DNA of 32,000 nt from Erysipelothrix larvae. GTDB lineage: Bacteria > Bacillota_I > Bacilli_A > Erysipelotrichales > Erysipelotrichaceae. The DNA lies in the NCBI RefSeq assembly GCF_001545095.1, contig NZ_CP013213.1, positions 660,001-692,000 of the forward strand. Reading direction: 5' to 3'. This document shows positions 17,103 through 25,188 of this stretch, piece by piece. The translations under genes and the position numbers were made by a program. Every line of letters begins with the position of its first letter. Within the stretch, counting starts at the first letter, position 1. The notes under the pieces were generated by a model. That model made no database searches, was not told the DNA's origin, and saw only the letters and a program-made list of their open reading frames with translations.

Positions 17103-17682
17103 ATAAGGATTCAATTTCATGTCGTTTGTACAGATTCCAATATTTCATATAGGGGTGTGCATTGGGATCAAAATTCAATTGATATAAACGAAAGGTTACA
17201 TCATATCCTTTGGGTTCCCAAAATTCAGTATAAGAATATTGATACTTCATGCCTAACTTTTTCATGACTTCACCACTTGCAGGATTGTTGATGTCGTGGG
17301 TCGCGGTGATGTATGGAATCTGTGTTTGTGAGAGTGTATTCAAGATACAGTGTGCACCTTCTGTGATATAACCCTTTTTTTGATATTGAGATAAGATGGC
17401 ATAGCCAAAATCATAGCTATCTGGTTCACCTAAGGTTATATATCCAATGGGTTTATTTTCTTCCTTTAAACACACTGCATAACGATAACTGGTGTCAGCA
17501 TCGTAGTAGGATAGAAACCGCTGGGTCAACTCTGCTAAAGAAGCTTCACGTGTTTTGGGAATAAACCAAGGTAAAAAGGTGTTTACCGTTTCATCTGTAA
17601 AGATTTCATGAAATGCGTCCAAGTCATGAATCGTAAATTGTCTTAGGATCAAGCGATCTGTATGAAGTGTAGGTGTATTCAT
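17101..17682 (-). CDS. GNAT family N-acetyltransferase, RimJ/RimL-like (Acetyltransf_3 type)
   Basis: N-terminal TDRLILRQ motif and a QKKGYITEG acetyl-CoA loop. Its ATG lies 3 nt after the mgtA stop (TAA TCG ATG). Confidence 0.8.
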   Translation of the reverse strand: MNTPTLHTDRLILRQFTIHDLDAFHEIFTDETVNTFLPWFIPKTREASLAELTQRFLSYYDADTSYRYAVCLKEENKPIGYITLGEPDSYDFGYAILSQYQKKGYITEGAHCILNTLSQTQIPYITATHDINNPASGEVMKKLGMKYQYSYTEFWEPKGYDVTFRLYQLNFDPNAHPYMKYWNLYKRHEIESL

Positions 17683-17685
17683 CGA

Positions 17686-20274
17686 TTAATGAACATCATT
17701 GTCCCAGAAGAATCGTTTCACAAGTGCGGTTGTGAGTAAGTATCCAAAGACAATAAGGATGACTGTTTGGAAGTTATAAGCGCCAACTGGTACTAAATCA
17801 AAAGTAAATGCAATCGGTGTTGTCACAATCAATACGGTCAATGCACATGCCACAAAGGATGCGACAACAAGTGCAAGAGATGGATGTTCTGTAAACATGT
17901 TCAATGGATTCTTCTTGCGAATCACAAAGATAATGGTTGCTTGTGAGATAACCCCAAATGTAAACCAAAGTGTTTGGAAGGTTGTTGCATCGTGAATGTT
18001 AAGTACAAAGTAGAATACCACAAAGCATGTGATATCAAAGATTGAACTTAAGGGTCCAAAGAGAATCATAAACTTTTGAAGCGTTTTACTTTGAAGACGT
18101 CGTGGTAAGTAAAGATCTTCTTCAGCACAATGGTCAAATGGAATACCAAGTTGTGCTACATCGTTGAGTAAGTTTTGTACAAGGATGTGAATTGGAAGCA
18201 ATGGTAAAAATGGAAGGAACAAACTTGCGACGATAACTGAAATCATATTCCCAAAGTTTCCGCTGACTGCCATTTCTAAGTATTTAATCATATTCACAAT
18301 GGTCTTACGCCCTTCAAGAATTCCTGCTTCAAGAACGGTAAGGTCTTTTTTAAGAAGAATAATGTTTGCACTTTCTTTCGCAATATCCACAGCAGTATCT
18401 ACAGAGATTCCAACGTCTGCTTTACGAAGTGCAAGGGCATCATTAATCCCATCACCCAAGTAACCAACAATATGACCGTTATCTTGGAATGCACCAACAA
18501 TGCGTTGTTTTTGAATCGGTGAAATCTTCGCAAAGAGTTTACAATGACTGACCGCTTCGCGAAGCGCTTCATCACTCATTGCTTCAACTTCATTTCCGAC
18601 AACAGTATATTCAGTATCAATGCCAACCTTTGAACAGACTTTCTTCGCAACACCTAAACTATCTCCGGTAATAACCACAACATCAACGCCGTGATTATGA
18701 AGGCTTTCGATCGTTGGTTTTGCACTTTCTTTAGGAGGATCCAAGAACCCAATAAAGCCAATAAGAACAAGTTCGCTCTCATCTTCAACCCCAAACTCAT
18801 GGTCAAGGGGAATGTTGTTTTTTTGTGCGACTGCAATCATACGAAGTCCATCATGATTGTGTTGTGAATACACCTCATACGCTTCTTTACGTGTTTCTTC
18901 ATCGAATTCAGAAACAACACCATCGCGGTCAATATATTTGGATAAGTTTAAGATTTCTTCTACAGCTCCTTTTGTGATTAGTTGGCGTTTACCTTTACTA
19001 TCTTCTAAGATAACACTCATACGACGACGGCTGAAATCAAATGGGATTTCATCCACAATGTCATAGTAATTCACAAGGTCGTCCATGTTGTAGCTTTCAG
19101 CACGTTCAATGATTGCAAGGTCAATTAAGTTTTTGAGACCACTTTGGAAAGTACTGTTGAGATAAGCATGGCGTAATACGCGCATATCATCTTCACCTGT
19201 TACGTCCATATACCGTTCAAGGATGATTTCATCTTGCGTAATGGTTCCTGTTTTATCAGTACAAAGGATGTCCATTTCTCCAAAGGTAGAGATGGATGAT
19301 TGAGACTTCACAATTGTTTGGTGTTTTGCCATATTAATTGCACCACGTGAAAGGCCACTGGTTAATACAACGGGTAACATTTCAGGTGTAAGTCCAACAG
19401 CAACGGTGAGTGCAAAGACAAAAGCATCCACGAAGTCGCCTTTTAAGATTCCATTGAGTACAAAGATTACCGGTACCATAATCATCATTAATCGTAAGAG
19501 TAATTTTGATATTGTGGAAATACTGTTTTCAAAGCTATTGATTACTTTAATATTTTCAAGTGATTTTGACATGGAACCAAGATAGGTCTCATTTCCTCTT
19601 CGGATGACTACACCCCGTGCTGTTCCACTCACTACGTTTGTTCCCATGAGTGCAAGGTTTGTGTAATCGGATTCCTGTTCAACAAGTTCTTCATCAAAAA
19701 GCACATACTTTTCAACAGGTTGTGATTCTCCTGTGAGTGTTGCTTGTGACAAGAATAAGTCTTTTGCAGAGATAATTCGCAAATCAGCAGGGATGATATC
19801 TCCTGCAGAAAGTCGAATGATGTCTCCAAGTGCGAGTTCATCAATTGGTTTTTCAATGAATTTTCCATCTCTTAAAACAGCGGTGGTATTGGATACCATG
19901 TCCAATAGTTTTTCACTTGCTTTATTTGACCGCTCGTCTTGAATGTAAGATACAAGTGTTGATAAGATAACCAGTGCTGTCAAAATCCCTACAGTAACAT
20001 AGTCTTTTCCGGTACTTGGAATAATAACATCGGTGATTAATGTAATAATTATGACAACAATCAACACAAGGTTAAAAGGATTGATCAATACGTTTACAAA
20101 TCCAATCAATGGATGTTTCTTTTTTTGACCTACGATTTCGTTTGGCCCAAATTCTTCGATATATGCTTCAGCTTGTTCTTCACTAAAGCCGTTTTTGTCT
20201 GCTGGGAGCGCACTAAAAAAGTCATCGTGTGACATTTTGAGCAGCTCCAATAATGTATTATTGTTATTCTTCAT
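17686..20274 (-). CDS. mgtA: Magnesium-translocating P-type ATPase
   Basis: TGES (LTGESQPVEK), the phosphorylation site CTDKTGTITQ and the hinge GDGINDALALRKADVGISV are present. The MgtA-type TM motif is VQNLLNDVAQLGIPFD. The protein is 862 aa. Confidence 0.92.
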   Translation of the reverse strand: MKNNNNTLLELLKMSHDDFFSALPADKNGFSEEQAEAYIEEFGPNEIVGQKKKHPLIGFVNVLINPFNLVLIVVIIITLITDVIIPSTGKDYVTVGILTALVILSTLVSYIQDERSNKASEKLLDMVSNTTAVLRDGKFIEKPIDELALGDIIRLSAGDIIPADLRIISAKDLFLSQATLTGESQPVEKYVLFDEELVEQESDYTNLALMGTNVVSGTARGVVIRRGNETYLGSMSKSLENIKVINSFENSISTISKLLLRLMMIMVPVIFVLNGILKGDFVDAFVFALTVAVGLTPEMLPVVLTSGLSRGAINMAKHQTIVKSQSSISTFGEMDILCTDKTGTITQDEIILERYMDVTGEDDMRVLRHAYLNSTFQSGLKNLIDLAIIERAESYNMDDLVNYYDIVDEIPFDFSRRRMSVILEDSKGKRQLITKGAVEEILNLSKYIDRDGVVSEFDEETRKEAYEVYSQHNHDGLRMIAVAQKNNIPLDHEFGVEDESELVLIGFIGFLDPPKESAKPTIESLHNHGVDVVVITGDSLGVAKKVCSKVGIDTEYTVVGNEVEAMSDEALREAVSHCKLFAKISPIQKQRIVGAFQDNGHIVGYLGDGINDALALRKADVGISVDTAVDIAKESANIILLKKDLTVLEAGILEGRKTIVNMIKYLEMAVSGNFGNMISVIVASLFLPFLPLLPIHILVQNLLNDVAQLGIPFDHCAEEDLYLPRRLQSKTLQKFMILFGPLSSIFDITCFVVFYFVLNIHDATTFQTLWFTFGVISQATIIFVIRKKNPLNMFTEHPSLALVVASFVACALTVLIVTTPIAFTFDLVPVGAYNFQTVILIVFGYLLTTALVKRFFWDNDVH

Positions 20275-20290
20275 GCTCTTAGCCCCTTTC

Positions 20291-20365
20291 TTAAAAAGAA
20301 CTGAAACTAAAGCGTGACGCGTCCATTGGCGATACTCAATGGGTCATCGTCAAAGCTTGCTTCAG
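20291..20365 (-). terminator. Long terminator/attenuator hairpin in the mgtA 5' leader
   Basis: On the minus strand, CTGAAGC..AAGC..TGACG..CCATTG - agtatcgc - CAATGG..CGTCA..GCTT..GTTTCAG forms about 22 bp in four helical segments. It is followed by TTCTTTTT and lies 16 nt upstream of the mgtA RBS. Confidence 0.55.
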
Positions 20366-20426
20366 TAATAAAATGTGTTATCTGACTTCGCGGGTTCATA
20401 CAAGTATCACCAACCTTTCCTTTGTT

Positions 20427-20455
20427 ATTCTAACAGTATTTAAACGATGTTTCAA
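20427..20455 (-). promoter_or_regulatory. Sigma-A type promoter of mgtA
   Basis: On the minus strand: TTGAAA (20455-20450), a 17-nt spacer, then extended -10 TGtTAGAAT (20435-20427). This predicts a leader of about 145 nt. Confidence 0.6.
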
Positions 20456-20535
20456 TCAAAGCGCGATATAAATAAACAAATTTTTAGGCGCGCTTAAAGA
20501 ATTTGCGATACTTTTAAAATCAACAATGACCAAAA

Positions 20536-21051
20536 TTACAGATGAAACCAATAGCGTCTTATGGGTGTATCTTCTTCAAATAGAATGTTTTCAAATTGTC
20601 CACCACAGCCTTCAATAACTTTAATTGAGGCGATATTCGTATCGTTAGCAGTTACTAACACATCACAAATGCCATACGTTTTGCATTTTTCAAGTGCAAG
20701 ATGCAACATTAACTTACCATAACCCTGGCCTCTTTTATCTGGATGAATCGAATAACCAATGTGACCCCCAAAGTTTCGTAAAGATTCATTCAATTGTGTT
20801 CGAATGTTCACGATCCCAACAAGTGATTGATCCTTCATATCAACTAAACAATAGGTAAATGCAGGGACAAAGCCAGGTTGCACAGTGTCCTGATGTTCAT
20901 CACGCAGTGATTGTGCAATCCAATCTGTAACATGGGGAAAATGATTGATACCGGCACATCCATGAATGGATTCATTGCGCTTATTAAAGGCATCCTTATA
21001 GTCTTGAATTTGCTTTGTGTAATCAGACGATAGTTTTATGAGTTTGACCAT
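20536..21051 (-). CDS. GNAT family N-acetyltransferase (COG3981-like predicted acetyltransferase)
   Basis: GNAT core IHPDKRGQGYGKLML, followed by TANDTNIASIKVIEGCGG. The RBS GGAGG is upstream of the ATG. Confidence 0.8.
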   Translation of the reverse strand: MVKLIKLSSDYTKQIQDYKDAFNKRNESIHGCAGINHFPHVTDWIAQSLRDEHQDTVQPGFVPAFTYCLVDMKDQSLVGIVNIRTQLNESLRNFGGHIGYSIHPDKRGQGYGKLMLHLALEKCKTYGICDVLVTANDTNIASIKVIEGCGGQFENILFEEDTPIRRYWFHL

Positions 21052-21087
21052 ACTACACCTCCGTGAAGTCTTATACTTCTTATCACC

Positions 21088-21096
21088 ATTCTACCA
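21088..21096 (-). promoter_or_regulatory. Extended -10 element for the 20536-21051 GNAT gene
   Basis: TGgTAGAAT on the minus strand, about 37 nt upstream of the ATG. I saw no good -35. Confidence 0.4.
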
Positions 21097-21415
21097 AATT
21101 TTACGCTTCAAAGATATCACAAGACCGCTGTTTTGATAAGAATAAAACAGCGATTTAAAGCGTATCAGTTTAAGCGTATCCAAATAGAAGTTATAAAGGG
21201 CTTGATATAGAATTCTTGAATAAGTAAAACAAGTGATTTGGATAATTTTAAGGGAATTTTCTATCCACAATAGGGTAACTTGATTCTTTTTGAAACTATT
21301 TTGTCTCGATTTGTTTTCTAATGATTGAAAGCGTTTTGAACGACCGCTTTTCAATGATCCATATGATATTTTCTTGATGAGAAAAAAAAGCATAAAAACT
21401 TATGTAAAAATAAAG

Positions 21416-21445
21416 TTGATACCAATAAAAAAAACAAAGTATAAT
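21416..21445 (+). promoter_or_regulatory. Sigma-A type promoter of the amidase gene
   Basis: TTGATA (21416-21421), an 18-nt spacer, then TATAAT (21440-21445). It lies 33 nt upstream of ATG 21479. Confidence 0.6.
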
Positions 21446-21478
21446 TACACTAAAGGTATTTGCCAATAAGGGGGAAAT

Positions 21479-23224
21479 ATGACGAAACGAAAAAAGATAT
21501 TAATCGCAAGTGTTTGTTTTTTAACTGTTTGTGCAGTGATTGGTGGAGCATACTTACACCACTACCTTTCAATAGATCGTCGTGAATATGCTCTGATTGT
21601 TGAAGGTGAACGCTCTCCAGTACTTGAAGTATTTGATGATTATGAAGAAAAAGGTGCTTACGTCAGTGTGGATGGATTGCGTGATGATTCAATTGTAGTG
21701 AACATCAAAAGCAGTTTAAAAACAGATGGCTTGGGTGTGTATGAGCTTTTGTATTGGGTTGAAGGTCGTGAGCAGCTATCAAAAACGCGCACAGTAACAA
21801 TCGTGGATACCCAAAGTCCAGAAATTAAACTAAAGGGGGGCACTGTGAACCTTTTAGTTGGAGAAGAATATAAAGAACCAGGCTATGATGTGAGTGATAA
21901 TTACGACACAGAAATTGAGGATAAAGTGGTTGTTGAGGGTGAAGTAAATACAAAAAATGCCGGAACGTATACCTTGACCTATTCTGTAAGTGATCAGTCT
22001 GATAACTCCCACAGTGTTAAACGTGAAGTTATTGTAACCAAACCAAAACCAGTCGTTCACGTAAAACCAGTAGAAGAAAAGGGTGAAGAAGTGAAGGTAG
22101 TTGTTCCAAAAACAGGGGAAGTTCTTAAAGAGATTACTGCGCTCAAATTCTCAGGGGATGGCTTTAAACTTGAAGGAAGCCATGAAACGCTGATTCAAGC
22201 AGTGAACCTTGTCAATAAGGATACCCAAAATACAGTGACATATGATACCCAACTCAGTGATCATAAGTATAGTGTGAATATCAATGTTACGAATCTAGAA
22301 AATGGAAGCTATAGTGTTCGAGGAAGAGAAATTGATAATGCACCCCTAACATTCAATTTGGATCCGCTTTTGAAACTGGGACGGGGTCGTGTCGGCAATA
22401 AACTGGTTACCTTTACTTATCCAAATAATACTCTTGAAATTAAAGTTGAAGATTTCGCTTATCAATATGACATCGCCCTTAATGTGGGTCATGGTGGTCA
22501 TGATTCGGGTGCCATTAACAAATACATCTATGAAAAAGTAATGAATTTAGAAGTATCCTTATATGAAAAGCAACGCTATGAAGAACATGGACTTAAAGTT
22601 TACATCAATCGAACCAGTGATACCTTTGGTGAAGTGATTGGAGAGAGCGAATGGAAGTCCCTAACGCGCTCTGCGTTTAGTTTTGGACACTATGCTGCAG
22701 TTTCACGAATTGCCTACAGTAATCACCATAACAGCTCTGCATCAAGTCTTGATGGGTGGGAAATTATTGTATCAGCACCTTCAACACGAGAACAAAACGC
22801 GGTTGAACATGCAATTGGTGCCGAATTTGACACACTCATTCCAAACATGGCAAAACGAAATCGACTCTATACACGTGACTATGACTCAGAGCGAAACTTC
22901 TCTAAAATGAATGGCGAAGTGTATAACTTTACAACCTACTATGCGATTATTAGAATTCCTTTAGAAAACTATAATGCACGTTCTGTGTTATTTGAACCAA
23001 TCTATATCAGTGATATGGAGGATTTCCGGTGGTATTATCAAGAAGGAAATTGGAAGACAGTCAGTGAAGTGAAGATTAAGCATTATGTTGAATCACTGGG
23101 ACTCAACTATATTGCACCTGCATCAACACAAACACCAAGTGAAGAGAGTGCGGAGCTTCCTCAAGAAGAACCACAATCAGATACTTCAAATTCTGAAACA
23201 CCTCAACCTGATGATGCTGAATAA
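21479..23224 (+). CDS. Membrane-anchored N-acetylmuramoyl-L-alanine amidase (Amidase_3) with Ig-like DUF5011-type repeats
   Basis: N-terminal TM (ILIASVCFLTVCAVIGGAYL). Two Ig-like repeats are present (the second has GYDVSDNYD...AGTYTLTYSVSDQSDNS). The Amidase_3 core is ALNVGHGGHDSGA...EKVMNLEVSL...INRTSD. The C-terminal tail is acidic and rich in S, T, P, E and Q. The RBS is GGGGG. Confidence 0.85.
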   Translation: MTKRKKILIASVCFLTVCAVIGGAYLHHYLSIDRREYALIVEGERSPVLEVFDDYEEKGAYVSVDGLRDDSIVVNIKSSLKTDGLGVYELLYWVEGREQLSKTRTVTIVDTQSPEIKLKGGTVNLLVGEEYKEPGYDVSDNYDTEIEDKVVVEGEVNTKNAGTYTLTYSVSDQSDNSHSVKREVIVTKPKPVVHVKPVEEKGEEVKVVVPKTGEVLKEITALKFSGDGFKLEGSHETLIQAVNLVNKDTQNTVTYDTQLSDHKYSVNINVTNLENGSYSVRGREIDNAPLTFNLDPLLKLGRGRVGNKLVTFTYPNNTLEIKVEDFAYQYDIALNVGHGGHDSGAINKYIYEKVMNLEVSLYEKQRYEEHGLKVYINRTSDTFGEVIGESEWKSLTRSAFSFGHYAAVSRIAYSNHHNSSASSLDGWEIIVSAPSTREQNAVEHAIGAEFDTLIPNMAKRNRLYTRDYDSERNFSKMNGEVYNFTTYYAIIRIPLENYNARSVLFEPIYISDMEDFRWYYQEGNWKTVSEVKIKHYVESLGLNYIAPASTQTPSEESAELPQEEPQSDTSNSETPQPDDAE

Positions 23225-23253
23225 TTCAAAATCTAATTGAATCAACCAATCAA

Positions 23254-23286
23254 AAGAAATCGAGACAAAATGCGATTTCTTTTTTC
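23254..23286 (+). terminator. Intrinsic terminator of the amidase gene
   Basis: AAGAAATCG-agacaaaatg-CGATTTCTT followed by TTTT. Confidence 0.7.
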
Positions 23287-23408
23287 GTATCACTTATGTA
23301 CTTGGGTCAGTATAAAAGTGTTGTTTATGATTATAAAGAACCAACCATTCTTTCTTTATTTTTTGAGCCGGTTTGTGTATAATAGTTAGAATACAAGGAG
23401 GTGTGAAC

Positions 23409-24107
23409 GTGATTAATACAGTATTATTTGATTTAGACGGAACATTATTAAAAATGAATAACGATGCTTTTGAACATGCATATCTTGGTTCGCTGGCAAA
23501 AACAGTATCCCATTTAATTGATCCCCAACATTTTATTAAGTCCTTGTGGCAAGCAACTCATAAAATGGTTGCGAATGATGGATCAAAAACAAATGAAGAT
23601 GTATTCTATGATACCTTTAGAGGACTTGTTGGTGATGCATATGAACCCTTAATCCCAGTGATTGATGATTATTATCACAATGGATTTGAGGCAGCACGAT
23701 CAACCATTGAGTCAAGTCAAGAAATGATTGACGCAGTTGAGATACTTAAAGACAAGGGCATTCGCTTGGTTATAGCAACCAATCCGATGTTTCCAAAGAT
23801 TGCGGTTGAAAAGCGCGTCGAGTGGGCAAAATTGAATTGGGAAGATTTTGATCACATTACACATTTTGAGATTTGTCACTACTGCAAACCCAATCCGAAG
23901 TATTATGAAGAAATCAAACAGGTCTGTGATTTAGATCCAAGTTTTTCAATGATGGTTGGTAACGATGCCCAAGAGGATTTAGTTGCGAAGACATTAGGGT
24001 TTAAAACCTATCTTGTGGACGATGACTTGATTCATCGCGGTGGGGATATCGATACAGATTATCAAGGAAGCCGTAAAGACTTCTTAGAATTTGTGAAAGG
24101 CTTGTGA
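23409..24107 (+). CDS. HAD-superfamily hydrolase (subfamily IA-like)
   Basis: Motif I is FDLDGTLL, motif II is VIATNP and motif IV is VGNDAQEDL. The RBS AAGGAGG (23395-23401) lies 7 nt before GTG 23409. The ORF-track start at 23373 lies upstream of a TATAAT at 23378-23383 and is rejected. Confidence 0.8.
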   Translation: MINTVLFDLDGTLLKMNNDAFEHAYLGSLAKTVSHLIDPQHFIKSLWQATHKMVANDGSKTNEDVFYDTFRGLVGDAYEPLIPVIDDYYHNGFEAARSTIESSQEMIDAVEILKDKGIRLVIATNPMFPKIAVEKRVEWAKLNWEDFDHITHFEICHYCKPNPKYYEEIKQVCDLDPSFSMMVGNDAQEDLVAKTLGFKTYLVDDDLIHRGGDIDTDYQGSRKDFLEFVKGL

Positions 24108-24196
24108 TTTGTGTTCATTTTATGAAATCTTTAGTTTATGTAGTGAAAAATTTGTTATAAGTTGATACAATAAGGTTAATAAAGGAGGTGACCATC

Positions 24197-25171
24197 ATGC
24201 CGAATGTTGTAACGCATGGATTGATGGCGCTTGATGTATATAATCAATTGCCACCTTCTACGATTAAAACAGCAATCAAGGCGCACCCAAAGGCGTATCT
24301 TTTAGGGAGCAACGGACCCGATATCTTGTTTTACTATAACGTTTTTCCATGGCAGGACCAAACGTTAAACAAGAAAGTTGCAGATTATGGCAACCATGTT
24401 CATTCATATAAAGTTGATGCTTTCTACAACGAAGCTGTTAGTTTTATTAATCGCTTGCCTGATGGGAAACGAAAAACGATTCTTACAGCTTATCTTGCAG
24501 GTCATTTAATGCACTGGTCATTAGATTCAACGGCACATCCGTTTGTATTCTATCGATCAGGTGAAATCGCAGGCGATACGAGATTTTGGCACTATCGTTA
24601 TGAATCAATGCTTGATTCACTGATGGTGCTTTATGTGAAACGTCGTAAAATGACCAGCTTGCATGCGACTCGGTTTGTTGATGTTTCGGATGATGAACGT
24701 CGAATCATTGCATCATTCTATTCTGTAATGCTTGAGCGTGTTTTTGATATACGCGAGGATTCAGAAGTGATTGATTCCGCAATAGAGTCAATGAAGAAAA
24801 TTTTGGTATACTTATATGATCCACGGAACATTAAGTTACCTTTAATAAAGGAATATGAAAAAAGATTTGGAGAACCCTGGGCTTTTTCAAGCCACCTCGT
24901 GAGTTCAGATATTGACGCGAAGTATGATGTCTTGAATTTGAAACACGAAACATGGTGTAATCCAACCAATGCTGAAGACATTTCAACACAGAGTTTTGTA
25001 GACCTCTACAACGAATCCATTGATTTAGGAATTGATGGTCTTTCAGTATTGCAGGAACTCTTTGATGGATCACGTCACACGATTGATTCATTCACCCAAG
25101 GAAAGTGTTACGATACTGGGCGTTTAGAAGGTGTTCCAATGAAGTTTTATGATAGTATTTATGATAAGTAG
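24197..25171 (+). CDS. Zinc-dependent phospholipase C family protein (Zn_dep_PLPC-like, cytoplasmic type)
   Basis: The N-terminus MPNVVTHG and His-rich metal-ligand positions (GNHVH, HLMHWSLDSTAHP) are typical of this family. The RBS GGAGG lies 8 nt before ATG 24197. Confidence 0.7.
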   Translation: MPNVVTHGLMALDVYNQLPPSTIKTAIKAHPKAYLLGSNGPDILFYYNVFPWQDQTLNKKVADYGNHVHSYKVDAFYNEAVSFINRLPDGKRKTILTAYLAGHLMHWSLDSTAHPFVFYRSGEIAGDTRFWHYRYESMLDSLMVLYVKRRKMTSLHATRFVDVSDDERRIIASFYSVMLERVFDIREDSEVIDSAIESMKKILVYLYDPRNIKLPLIKEYEKRFGEPWAFSSHLVSSDIDAKYDVLNLKHETWCNPTNAEDISTQSFVDLYNESIDLGIDGLSVLQELFDGSRHTIDSFTQGKCYDTGRLEGVPMKFYDSIYDK

Positions 25172-25188
25172 AAGGCGAGGAACCAATT

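Noticed and set aside
16934-17152. 72-aa plus-strand ORF overlapping the yccF 3' half and both terminators
   Set aside because: It is an alternative frame of the well-supported yccF gene and runs through two terminator hairpins.
20275-20426. Canonical M-box (ykoK-type Mg2+ riboswitch) upstream of mgtA
   Set aside because: The 5' part (GGTTGGTGATACTTGTATGAA) faintly resembles the M-box 5' block. The AATGGGTCA-like and CTAAAGC-like blocks, however, occur only in reverse-complement orientation. The predicted leader of about 145 nt is also too short. A covariance-model search is needed to be certain.
21091-21393. 100-aa minus-strand ORF in the GNAT-amidase spacer
   Set aside because: There is no SD before the ATG. 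The K/S/L/I-rich, low-complexity composition is what AT-rich non-coding DNA typically produces. The ORF also runs straight through the inverted repeats, so the region is better explained as regulatory or non-coding.
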